This document shows, piece by piece, positions 25,623 through 34,289 of a stretch of 37,796 nucleotides of DNA. Positions within the stretch are counted from its first letter, which is position 1, and the number at the start of each line of letters is the position of its first letter. The DNA is taken from positions 1 to 37,796 of the forward strand of contig JALSQH010000128.1 of NCBI GenBank assembly GCA_026985515.1. Direction: 5' to 3'. The position numbers and the translations under genes were made by a program. The notes under the pieces were generated by a model. That model saw only the letters and a program-made list of their open reading frames with translations, had not been told where the DNA came from and ran no database searches. The stretch comes from a bacterium. GTDB taxonomy: Bacteria > JALSQH01.

Positions 25623-27430
25623 TTTCCTCCCGCGGGACATCTATCGGGATGTGTCTTGAAATAACGGTAACTTTTTTCAAAATCTCTGTAAATTGGATCG
25701 GTGTAGCTATTGTGGCAGATAACACATTCCCCTGCTCTTTTTATCCTCATCAGTTCCCGTCTGTTAAAGGGTCTTGCACCAGTTCTTGAGAACTTTTGAA
25801 GTGGTTCTCCATCCCCCGACTCAACCCTGTAAAGGGCATACCTGTAACCCCATCTCACAGGTATCTGAATATCCTTCTCCCCATTGCCAAGACCCAGCCT
25901 GTATGGATTAAGGTGGCATTGAGCACATGTTGGTACTTCCCTTCTGGTGGTGTGGGGATCAAAAGCAGCCATACCCAGATGTCGATTCAACTGATGGAAA
26001 ACACCATCAGTGGTTTTGAGTGAAAACATAACCTGACATCCGGGAGTCAGAGGTCTTACCTTTCCATCTGCTCCCACGCCCAGGGGAGGTGTTTCAAATC
26101 TGTAAAAATCTGCCTTTTCACTCCACCTGCCCGGTGTCTTTTTCATGGTTAGCTTGTCATACTGACTCTTGCCAAGATCAAGCTTATCATGGCAACCGTA
26201 ACACTGGGGAGCCCATGCCGCATGGCAGGCACTGCAGGCAAGTTTCTCATGCCCCCTAAAAGTGTGATAAGGTGTGCCGGTAATGATCTTGATCTGCATC
26301 ATTTTTCCATCTTTTTTTCTGAAGTAGATCCACTTCCCGTTCCTGTACTGAAGATTGTAAATCTCCGTTCCTCTCTTTGTTACTGCCACATAATCACCTG
26401 TTCTCAAGGGCACTTTTCCATTTTCTCTGGCAAGTTTAATAGCCATTGAATCAGAGGTGACCTTTTTCTTATCAGGTGGTTTTTCGCCGCTTCCGTGACA
26501 ATCCTGACAGCTTATGTCGATCTGCTCCTCCATGTGGTAGTGCAACATTCCGTCTCCCATTGTACCCCTGAATGTGTGACAGTCGATGCATGTGAGACCC
26601 TTCTCAAAATGGATGTCAGGCAGAAGCCTCTGCCAGCCACGCTTTGAGGAGAGAAGGTCAGATCTCTGCAAACCATGAAAATAGGGGGTTCTGTAGTTGT
26701 CATCTTCATAAATTCCCTGATAAGAGAGGGCTGTCCTGGCACTTCTGTTGTGGCAGAGTTGACACCGTTTAACGGGAATCTTTGTTGTAAAAGATGGATG
26801 CCCCTTTTTTGCCTCATAGTGACAATCCATACATCCCCCACCCCTTTTGCCAATCTCGCCTCTGAAGTCCCCCTTTCTCTTATTTATATGGCATGTGGCG
26901 CAGAATTTACGGAACTGCCTTTCGGGATAATTTTTATTTCCAACTTTTCTGCACCATCTCACACCATCAGAGATGCTGTCAATTCCAATACAGCTACTGG
27001 GGGAAGAAGTAACACCCCACTGATACAGCAGACCTGAGATTATTCCGGTATTTGTTTCCATAATTGACCTCTTTACCTCCCTCACCCTCTCCGCATGACA
27101 GCCGCTTCTCCCGCAACTCTTCTCTGCATACTCAAGCCTTGCAGGATTCTCAACCACACCTGTGTGTGCTATTTTTTTATTTAAACTTTCCCCTATGCCT
27201 CCATGACAGATGGTGCAGCCAAAATTTTTAACGGGATGGGACTTATCAACATCAACATTCCTGTGACAGGTTACACAGTATTCCTTCTCTCCGTTGAGGT
27301 TAACAACATAGATGGGTTTCTCTGAAAATCTTCTCCACTCCTCCCTTTCTCTGAAAATATATACCGAAACAAACAGAGCAACGATGAAGATCAGTGAATA
27401 TATCCACTTTTTCAAATTGTCAATCTCCAT
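25619..27430 (-). CDS. Membrane-anchored multihaem c-type cytochrome, 11 CxxCH + 1 CxxxxCH motifs (MHC-A)
   Basis: 603 aa. Motifs CVTCH, CTICH, CGRSGCH (27095-27115), CATCH, CMDCH, CQLCH, CIDCH, CQDCH, CSACH, CYGCH, CAQCH, CVICH. N-terminal TM helix WIYSLIFIVALFVSVYIF. GAGGA SD upstream. Overlaps the cytochrome b gene by 19 nt. Confidence 0.85.
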   Translation of the reverse strand: MEIDNLKKWIYSLIFIVALFVSVYIFREREEWRRFSEKPIYVVNLNGEKEYCVTCHRNVDVDKSHPVKNFGCTICHGGIGESLNKKIAHTGVVENPARLEYAEKSCGRSGCHAERVREVKRSIMETNTGIISGLLYQWGVTSSPSSCIGIDSISDGVRWCRKVGNKNYPERQFRKFCATCHINKRKGDFRGEIGKRGGGCMDCHYEAKKGHPSFTTKIPVKRCQLCHNRSARTALSYQGIYEDDNYRTPYFHGLQRSDLLSSKRGWQRLLPDIHFEKGLTCIDCHTFRGTMGDGMLHYHMEEQIDISCQDCHGSGEKPPDKKKVTSDSMAIKLARENGKVPLRTGDYVAVTKRGTEIYNLQYRNGKWIYFRKKDGKMMQIKIITGTPYHTFRGHEKLACSACHAAWAPQCYGCHDKLDLGKSQYDKLTMKKTPGRWSEKADFYRFETPPLGVGADGKVRPLTPGCQVMFSLKTTDGVFHQLNRHLGMAAFDPHTTRREVPTCAQCHLNPYRLGLGNGEKDIQIPVRWGYRYALYRVESGDGEPLQKFSRTGARPFNRRELMRIKRAGECVICHNSYTDPIYRDFEKSYRYFKTHPDRCPAGGK

Positions 27431-28284
27431 CCAGGTCCTCTGAAAAAGTAAGCCTCAATGGTGAGAAGTGCATAAGTTAGAATGAGGAAAATCAGAACAA
27501 TCCGGAGAATATTCTTTCCCCTCTCCCCTGCAAAGGGAAAGATGAGCCAGAGAAGGAAGAAAACCAGCGGAATAACAATCCCGCCCCAGAAGGGGGGAAG
27601 CAGATAAACAAGTTCCTGAATACCAAGAAAAAACCAGGGGCCTTTTATGGGATCAATCTTCAGCGTGTGGGAAAGGGGTGGTGCCAGGCCGGGATAGATG
27701 GTGAAAAGGACAGGCAAAATATTTGCGATGACAAATTTCTCAACCGTTACATACCTCTGCCATCTGATATGACTGTAGATGAATATGAGGAGGAATATGG
27801 GGAGAATTATAACATGAAAAAAATAGAAGGTCACCGGGGCTTTTGAGTTGAAAAGAAAATCTGAAAGAAAACCCCCTATAACGGGGATCTTACCCGCAAT
27901 CTGAGAAGCGATCCTGCCCGCAAAAAATCCCTCAATGTCAAACCTCAAAACATATCCGCTGAAACCCTCAAAGACAATGATGTAGAACAAAAGCAGGCCA
28001 ACAAACCAGTATTCCAGTGAAACTTCTACCTCATACTTCTTCAAAAAATACTTCCAGGCGTGAAGAGCGAGGAAAACGAGGGAGAGATTTGACGAGTAGT
28101 AGTGAAGGCTTCTGAGCAGATATCCATAGGCATAAATGGAGTGGATAGCCACAACTGATTTATATGGTTTGCTTAAATCATAATTGAAAAGAAGGGCAAT
28201 TCCAGTTACAAAGGAGAGAATCAGAGTGGAGAGTGCAAGCTCACCCCAGGTGGGGGGATTCATATCCTTAAACTTTATAACCAC
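27412..28284 (-). CDS. Cytochrome b (b6-like dihaem core fused to a subunit IV-like C-terminal segment)
   Basis: 290 aa polytopic protein. His61/His75 (RSLHYYSSNLSLVFLALH, spacing 14) and His157/His172 (FHVIILPIFLLIFIYSH, spacing 15) reproduce the b6-type bis-His ligand pattern. FSGYVLRFD aligns to the GYxLPW block. GPWFFLGIQE aligns to the PEWY Qo motif region. The start is uncertain: GTG at 28284 or ATG at 28263, and neither has a good SD. Confidence 0.8.
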   Translation of the reverse strand: MVIKFKDMNPPTWGELALSTLILSFVTGIALLFNYDLSKPYKSVVAIHSIYAYGYLLRSLHYYSSNLSLVFLALHAWKYFLKKYEVEVSLEYWFVGLLLFYIIVFEGFSGYVLRFDIEGFFAGRIASQIAGKIPVIGGFLSDFLFNSKAPVTFYFFHVIILPIFLLIFIYSHIRWQRYVTVEKFVIANILPVLFTIYPGLAPPLSHTLKIDPIKGPWFFLGIQELVYLLPPFWGGIVIPLVFFLLWLIFPFAGERGKNILRIVLIFLILTYALLTIEAYFFRGPGWRLTI

Positions 28285-28335
28285 AATTTTATGTTACTGA
28301 AAGGAAGAAGGTAAGGCAAGGGGACGCTACATTTT

Positions 28336-28779
28336 TCAATCCACCTTCACCCTCTGGGAAAATGGAGCAGGTCTGTCTGGGAAAATGATCAATTTATCAC
28401 CTGATTTTTTAATCAACAGCGCCTCAAGATGTCTCTTAGCAGGGCCGTGGACAACATCACCCTCCAGATCAAACTCGCTCCCGTGACATGGACAGTGAAA
28501 AAGTTTTCCGTTCCAGATGGGTTTGCAGCCCAGATGGGTGCATTTAGCCTTCAACGCAAATAATCCCTCTTCATCTCTGATGAGAAAAACCTTTCCCAGA
28601 TCCTTTACCTCTCCCATTTTCAAATGAGAATCGGATAAGTCATAAATGACCCGCTTGCTTTTAACCCGACCACTTTCAGCAAACTTTCCGGTTATATAAG
28701 CAGCAACTGCACCAAGAAAGGTAAATGGGTGAAACAGTTTTTTTAAAAACCTTCTCCTCTGTTCGCTGAAGTTCATCAC
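28336..28779 (-). CDS. Rieske [2Fe-2S] iron-sulfur protein with Tat signal
   Basis: 147 aa. Twin-arginine motif QRRRFLKK followed by a hydrophobic helix. Cluster-binding boxes CTHLGC and CPCHGS. The GTG (28777-28779) or the adjacent ATG (28774-28776) overlaps the hisD TGA (TGATG). Confidence 0.88.
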   Translation of the reverse strand: MMNFSEQRRRFLKKLFHPFTFLGAVAAYITGKFAESGRVKSKRVIYDLSDSHLKMGEVKDLGKVFLIRDEEGLFALKAKCTHLGCKPIWNGKLFHCPCHGSEFDLEGDVVHGPAKRHLEALLIKKSGDKLIIFPDRPAPFSQRVKVD

Positions 28780-30071
28780 TTTAAATCTTTTTTCAGTTGA
28801 TTCAGTCTCACCCTCACTGCATTAGCATGGGCAGGTAAGCCCTCCTTTTCAGCAAGAGCTATTACCTTATCCCCATACTTTTTCAGCCACTCACCATCAA
28901 CCGCAATAATACTGCTTCTCTTGAGAAAATCCTCAACACCAAGAGGGGAAAAGAAGCGGGCGGTACCACCCGTTGGTAAGGTATGATCAGGACCTGCAAG
29001 ATAATCTCCCACAGGTTCCGAGGAGTAATCTCCAATGAAGATCGCACCTGCATTTTTGATTCTTTCCATTGCCCTTTCAACCCTGACCCCAATTAATTCA
29101 AGATGCTCAGGAGCAAACTGATTTACAAAATCAAACATCTCCTCCTCGTCACGAAAAACAAGGATTCCTCCTCGCTGCGAAGATTTCTCAATAATATTTC
29201 TCCTGGGATTCTTCAAAACCATTCTCTCAAATTGGTCTTTTACCTTTCCGGCAAGATTCTCAGAAAGCGTTACAATCACAGGATATGCCATCTCATCATG
29301 TTCTGCCTGGGACATCAGATCAGCTGCTATCCACTCAGGATTCCCGTCAAGGGCAACAACTAAAATTTCACTTGGACCCGCTATCATATCTATATCCACA
29401 ACTCCATATACCATCTTTTTCGCAGTTGCCACATAAATATTTCCCGGTCCCACAATCTTATCAACTCGAGGAATACTCTCAGTTCCATATGCAAGAGCAA
29501 AAATCGCCTGAGCTCCTCCAATCCTGAAGATTCTGTCCACCCCTGCGATATCGGCAGCAACAAGAACAGAGGGATCATACTCGCCATGGGGAAATGGAGT
29601 GACCATGATGATTTCCTTCACTCCAGCCACCTTTGCCGGTACAGCATTCATCAAGACTGTGGAAGGGTAGGATGCCTTTCCACCGGGCACATAAATTCCC
29701 ACCTTCTCCAGAGGGGTTATCCTCTCTCCCATCAAAGATCCTCCCTCTTCCATAAACCAGCTTTCCGGGAGCCTTTTACTCTGGTACCTTCTTATTCTTT
29801 CAGCAGCAACTTTAAGTGCATCAATAACCTCATCTGAAACAGCATCCCACGCTTTCCTTCTCTCCTCCTTAGTGACTTCAAATCCTGAGTCTGAAAGATC
29901 CATTCCATCCCATCTTTTCGTATACTCCACAAGGGCTGAATCACCATCCTTTCTTATGCTTTCCCTAATTTCTCTTACTTTTTCCTCAATCTCTGTAATA
30001 TCAAAGAATCTATCGAGGAGGGCTTTCCTCTTTTCTTCAAATTGTTCCGAGCCTGAAACATAAACTTCCAT
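28776..30071 (-). CDS. hisD: Histidinol dehydrogenase
   Basis: 431 aa. Typical HisD blocks ([27 protein letters not shown]) and an N-terminal region colinear with HisD. Confidence 0.95.
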   Translation of the reverse strand: MEVYVSGSEQFEEKRKALLDRFFDITEIEEKVREIRESIRKDGDSALVEYTKRWDGMDLSDSGFEVTKEERRKAWDAVSDEVIDALKVAAERIRRYQSKRLPESWFMEEGGSLMGERITPLEKVGIYVPGGKASYPSTVLMNAVPAKVAGVKEIIMVTPFPHGEYDPSVLVAADIAGVDRIFRIGGAQAIFALAYGTESIPRVDKIVGPGNIYVATAKKMVYGVVDIDMIAGPSEILVVALDGNPEWIAADLMSQAEHDEMAYPVIVTLSENLAGKVKDQFERMVLKNPRRNIIEKSSQRGGILVFRDEEEMFDFVNQFAPEHLELIGVRVERAMERIKNAGAIFIGDYSSEPVGDYLAGPDHTLPTGGTARFFSPLGVEDFLKRSSIIAVDGEWLKKYGDKVIALAEKEGLPAHANAVRVRLNQLKKDLK

Positions 30072-30072
30072 A

Positions 30073-30699
30073 CTAATCCTCCAGGACTGATCTCAATCTT
30101 CTCACGACTTCTGCAATTAACTCATTTCTAACATAAAACAAATTCCTGTTTGCCACCAGATAACTCGAGATATAAGGTTCTATTATCTCAACTTCTTCAA
30201 GACCATTCTCACGCAGAGTTCTCCCTGTGGAAACAAGATCAACAATGGCATCAGCCAGACCTGCAACAGGTGCCAGTTCCATTGATCCATACAGTTTGAT
30301 GATCTCCACCTGCTTCCCCCTCCCGGCAAAATAATTTTTGGTGATATTGGGGTACTTTGTGGCAATTCTCAAGATTCTTTCACGGTCAATTCTTCTGCCA
30401 GAAATAGTTGCAACAGATATGCGACACACTCCAATTTTCAGATCAAGAAGCTCAAACAGATTAAAATCATTTTCAAGAAGAGTGTCTTTACCCACAACAC
30501 CCAGATCCGCGGCCCCATATTTTACAAAAACGGGAACATCTGCTGCCCTGATTATCATGAATCTGAACTTATCCTGATCAAAAATAAGCTGTCTGCCTGG
30601 ATTTTTCAGCGGAGTTACAGGAATACCAGCCTTCTCAAAGAGAGGAACTGCCTCTTCTAAAATTCTTCCCTTTGCAAAAGCAATTGTTAACTTTTCCAT
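30073..30699 (-). CDS. hisG: ATP phosphoribosyltransferase, short form
   Basis: 208 aa. LTIAFAKGRILEE N-terminus, the DLVSTGRTLRENGL PRPP-binding block, and no C-terminal regulatory domain. Confidence 0.93.
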   Translation of the reverse strand: MEKLTIAFAKGRILEEAVPLFEKAGIPVTPLKNPGRQLIFDQDKFRFMIIRAADVPVFVKYGAADLGVVGKDTLLENDFNLFELLDLKIGVCRISVATISGRRIDRERILRIATKYPNITKNYFAGRGKQVEIIKLYGSMELAPVAGLADAIVDLVSTGRTLRENGLEEVEIIEPYISSYLVANRNLFYVRNELIAEVVRRLRSVLED

Positions 30700-30702
30700 T
30701 CA

Positions 30703-31956
30703 TCACTCCTTTATTCTTTCAACATGTGCTCCAAGGGCATTTAATTTGTATTCCATCCTCTCATACCCTCTGTCAAGATGGTAGATCCTTGAAATTTTTG
30801 TGACACCTTCGGCAACGAGTCCCGCAAGTACCAGTGAGGCACTCGCCCTGAGATCAGAAGCCATAACGGGTGCACCCTTTAATTTTTCCACCCCTTCAAC
30901 TACTGCTGTCCTGTCCTCAACCTTTATTCTGGCTCCCATTCTGTTCAGCTCATTCACATGCATGAACCTGTTTTCAAAAATGGTCTCAACAATAACACTT
31001 GTACCCCTTGCAAGGGTCAGCATACTCATTATTTGAGCCTGAACATCAGTGGGAAACCCTGGGTATGGCCTTGTTTTAACCTGGACTGGCTTCGGTCTCT
31101 TTCCACCATACACAACCACTCTTTTCTCTTCAACTTTAAAATCTATTCCCGCTTCTGCAACTTTTTTCAGAACTGCGTCTATGTGCTCAGGAATCAAATC
31201 ATCAACAATTACCTCTCCACCACTCATCGCCCCTGCGATAAAGTAGGTGGCAGCCTCAATCCTGTCAGGAATAACTCTGTAGGACCCACCGTGCAATTTT
31301 TTCACTCCCTGGATCCTGATGAGGGGGGTTCCGGCTCCTTCAATTTTAGCTCCAAGTGAATTGAGGAAACTGGCAAGATCAGTTATTTCAGGCTCCATGG
31401 CAGCATTTTCAATGATTGTTTCACCCTCTGCAAGTACTGCTGCCATCATAACATTTTCAGTTCCTCCCACCGTGGGTAGATCAAAAACGACCCTTGCTCC
31501 ACGCAACTTATCAACATTTGCTACAATATAGCCTTCTTCAATATCAATTTTCACTCCCATTGCTTCAAAACCCTTCAAATGCTGATCAATGGGCCTCGCC
31601 CCTATGGCGCATCCACCCGGGAATGAGACTCTTGCAGAGTGATACTTTCCTATCAATGCACCCAGAACGAGAACTGAAGCCCTCATGGTTTTAACGAGAT
31701 CATAGGGGGCGACTGTCTGAACTTCTCCCCCCTGCTTTATGAGAAGTTTTCCATCTTCGTAACTGATTTCCTTGGAAATGTTGGATAGAAGTTTAAGCAT
31801 AGTTTTAACATCGGAAAGATCAGGAACATTCTCAAGATAAACATCATCTTCGGTCAGAATAGTGGCAGCAAGGATGGGAAGAGAAGCATTTTTTGAGCCG
31901 CTGATTTTTACCACACCCTCTAATTTTCTTCCACCTTCGATTAAAAAAGCATCCAA
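30703..31956 (-). CDS. murA: UDP-N-acetylglucosamine 1-carboxyvinyltransferase
   Basis: 417 aa. TTG start with GGGAG SD. KISGSKNASLPILAA N-terminal signature, active-site loop GGCAIGARPIDQHL, and C-terminal IYHLDRGYE. Confidence 0.95.
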   Translation of the reverse strand: MDAFLIEGGRKLEGVVKISGSKNASLPILAATILTEDDVYLENVPDLSDVKTMLKLLSNISKEISYEDGKLLIKQGGEVQTVAPYDLVKTMRASVLVLGALIGKYHSARVSFPGGCAIGARPIDQHLKGFEAMGVKIDIEEGYIVANVDKLRGARVVFDLPTVGGTENVMMAAVLAEGETIIENAAMEPEITDLASFLNSLGAKIEGAGTPLIRIQGVKKLHGGSYRVIPDRIEAATYFIAGAMSGGEVIVDDLIPEHIDAVLKKVAEAGIDFKVEEKRVVVYGGKRPKPVQVKTRPYPGFPTDVQAQIMSMLTLARGTSVIVETIFENRFMHVNELNRMGARIKVEDRTAVVEGVEKLKGAPVMASDLRASASLVLAGLVAEGVTKISRIYHLDRGYERMEYKLNALGAHVERIKE

Positions 31957-31994
31957 CTTTTATCTCCCGTGTGAATATTTTACATCAACATCTT

Positions 31995-32855
31995 CTATTT
32001 CTCCACCAGTGCAACTCTGGGGAGTCCCGAAAGATCATCAAAAAACTGCGTATTTCTCCACCCTTCTTTTTCAGCAAGGTCATGCACATATATTTTCTGC
32101 TTTCTTGTCCCTATTTCCAGGACAAGATACCCTCTCTCCCTGAGATACCTTTTTCCATCTTCAAGGATTCTCCTGTAAAAGTAGTTTCCACCCTCGGGCG
32201 CTATGAGTGCAATTTCTGGCTCATACTTTAATTCAGGCTGGAGATTTCTGAATTCATCTCTGGATATATAAGGGGGATTGAAGATTATGATGTCAAAAAA
32301 ATTTTCCCTGCATGCCCCGCAGAGGTTTGAGATTTTGAACTCGACATTCTTTACCCCGTGTTTCTCTGCATTCTCCCTTGCAACTCTGAGAATATTTTCT
32401 TTTACATCTGTTGCCCTGAATTCAACTTCTGGAAACTCCAGAGCAAGAGTGATTACCACAGCACCACTGCCTGTACCCAGTTCAAGAACCCGTGGAGGAG
32501 TTCCAGCCTCAATATAATTTTTGATCAAATCCTTTGCAACATCCACCAGAGTCTCAGTCTCAGGCCTCGGGATAAGAACATCACGAGTAACAATAAAATC
32601 GTGTCCATAAAATTCTCTGTGACCAGTTATGTATGCAACAGGTTCTCTTCTACCTCTTCTTCTAACTAACTCTCTGTAACTGTTAACCTCCTCTTCGCTA
32701 AGAGGTCTGTCAAAATTGAGATAAAGTTCTACACGACTCATTCCAAGAAGATGGGCAAGCAGTACTTCTGCATCAAGTCGGGGAGTTTCAATTCCTTTCT
32801 TTGAGAAATATTCTTCCGTCACCTTGAGAATGGAGATAACATTCCACTTTTCCAT
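31995..32855 (-). CDS. prmC: Release-factor glutamine N5-methyltransferase
   Basis: 286 aa. SAM motif VLELGTGSGAV and catalytic IIFNPPYI (NPPY). Directly abuts the prfA stop. Confidence 0.9.
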   Translation of the reverse strand: MEKWNVISILKVTEEYFSKKGIETPRLDAEVLLAHLLGMSRVELYLNFDRPLSEEEVNSYRELVRRRGRREPVAYITGHREFYGHDFIVTRDVLIPRPETETLVDVAKDLIKNYIEAGTPPRVLELGTGSGAVVITLALEFPEVEFRATDVKENILRVARENAEKHGVKNVEFKISNLCGACRENFFDIIIFNPPYISRDEFRNLQPELKYEPEIALIAPEGGNYFYRRILEDGKRYLRERGYLVLEIGTRKQKIYVHDLAEKEGWRNTQFFDDLSGLPRVALVEK

Positions 32856-33926
32856 TCAGGTTTCCAGATTGGCAAGGGCCTCTGCCTGAAAATGGGTTAT
32901 GAGAGCATCAATGATTTCATCAAGGTCTCCATCAAGGATGGAATCAAGCTTGTAGAGCGTTAAACCAATCCTGTGATCTGTTACCCTGTTCTGGGGAAAA
33001 TTGTAGGTTCTGATTTTGTCACTTCTGTCACCACTCTTTACCTGCTGTCTCCTCTCCTCACCAATCTTTTCCTCCTGTTCCAGCCTTGCTCTCTCCATCA
33101 GGCGGGCCCTGAGAATCTTCATTGCCTTTATTTTATTCTGTAACTGAGACCTCTCATCCTGACAGGAAACAACTATACCTGTGGGCTTATGGGTGATTCT
33201 AACTGCTGATTCAGTCTTATTTACATGCTGTCCACCATGACCTGACGCACGGAAAGTTTCAATTATAAGATCATCTGGATTTATCTGGACATCAACTTCT
33301 TCAGCCTCAGGAAGCACAGCAACACTCACCGCAGAGGTGTGAATCCTCCCCTGAGATTCGGTCACAGGTACCCTCTGGACCCTGTGCACCCCACCCTCAT
33401 ACTTGAGCCTTGAATAGGCTCCCTTTCCGGAAATCAACATGATCACTTCCTTGAAACCACCCAGCCCCGTTCTGTTGGAACTGAGAATCTCCACATTCCA
33501 TCCCTTCCTCTCAGCATACCTGGAATACATTCTGAATAGATCCGCTGCGAAAAGAGCTGCCTCTTCTCCACCAGTACCACTTCTTATCTCCATTATAACA
33601 TTTCTCTCGTCATTTTTATCCCTTGGCAGAAGAAGTAATTTTATTTCTCTCTCAAGTTTCTCCCTCTCTTCCTCAAGTGACTCAAGTTCCTCCCGTGCAA
33701 GATCCTTTAATTCTGGATCACTTTCCTCCCTCAGAAGTTCCTTTGCAGATTCAATTTTAGACAGAGTTTCACTGTATCGATCATAGAGGTTGACAATCTC
33801 CTCTAACTGGGATTTCTCCTGAGAGATTTTAACAAATTCTTCCCGATTATTGATTATGGATGGGTCGGAGAGTTTATCAACTAACTCCAGATAGCGTTTT
33901 TTTACCTCTTCTAATTTTTGAAGCAT
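32856..33926 (-). CDS. prfA: Peptide chain release factor 1
   Basis: 356 aa. GGQ motif ([19 protein letters not shown]) and the RF1-specific PVT-type tripeptide context ([15 protein letters not shown]). Confidence 0.96.
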   Translation of the reverse strand: MLQKLEEVKKRYLELVDKLSDPSIINNREEFVKISQEKSQLEEIVNLYDRYSETLSKIESAKELLREESDPELKDLAREELESLEEEREKLEREIKLLLLPRDKNDERNVIMEIRSGTGGEEAALFAADLFRMYSRYAERKGWNVEILSSNRTGLGGFKEVIMLISGKGAYSRLKYEGGVHRVQRVPVTESQGRIHTSAVSVAVLPEAEEVDVQINPDDLIIETFRASGHGGQHVNKTESAVRITHKPTGIVVSCQDERSQLQNKIKAMKILRARLMERARLEQEEKIGEERRQQVKSGDRSDKIRTYNFPQNRVTDHRIGLTLYKLDSILDGDLDEIIDALITHFQAEALANLET

Positions 33927-33946
33927 GGAAGCCCATGGAAGAGTAA

Positions 33947-34150
33947 CTAATCTTTAATACCATACTTTTTCTTGAATTTTTCAACTCTACCAGCTGAGTC
34001 TACAATTTTCTGCTTACCAGTGTAGAATGGATGACATGCAGAACAAACAGCCACATGAATATCACCAACGGTGGTTCTTGTTTCTATAACATTTCCACAG
34101 GCACATATAATCTTTGCAGGTTTGTACTCTGGATGAATTCCTTTTTTCAC
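33947..34150 (-). CDS. rpmE: 50S ribosomal protein L31 (Zn-ribbon type)
   Basis: The track ORF (to 34231) is over-extended. A GTG at 34148-34150 is preceded by GAGGAGG at 6 nt. It gives (M)[47 protein letters not shown]..., the canonical L31 N-terminus with a CxC...CxxC zinc site. Confidence 0.9.
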   Translation of the reverse strand: MKKGIHPEYKPAKIICACGNVIETRTTVGDIHVAVCSACHPFYTGKQKIVDSAGRVEKFKKKYGIKD

Positions 34151-34184
34151 AGTAAACCTCCTCTTCAGCAACTGTCGTATTAAT

Positions 34185-34212
34185 ATTCTATGAAAATAAC
34201 CCTTTTTGTCAA
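34185..34212 (-). promoter_or_regulatory. Sigma70-like promoter upstream of rpmE (TTGACA-16-TAGAAT)
   Basis: Minus strand: TTGACA (34212-34207), 16-nt spacer, TAGAAT (34190-34185). It lies ~35 nt upstream of the rpmE GTG. Confidence 0.55.
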
Positions 34213-34249
34213 AAGGATCTTTCAGATTCAAAAATACGCAATTGCGATT

Positions 34250-34276
34250 AAAAAGCCAGATCCATCAAGGACCTGG
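34250..34276 (-). terminator. Rho-independent terminator after the small lipoprotein gene
   Basis: RNA: CCAGGUCC (34276-34269), loop UUGAU, GGAUCUGG (34263-34256), then C-UUUUU-AA. This is an 8-bp stem with one G.U pair, starting 13 nt after the stop codon at 34290-34292. Confidence 0.55.
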
Positions 34277-34289
34277 CGATTCCACAACC

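Noticed and set aside
30073-30699. Short-form HisG (208 aa) without an adjacent hisZ, and a his cluster reduced to hisG-hisD.
   Set aside because: Short HisG with hisZ encoded elsewhere, and dispersed his genes, are common. Nothing in the sequence suggests pseudogenisation.
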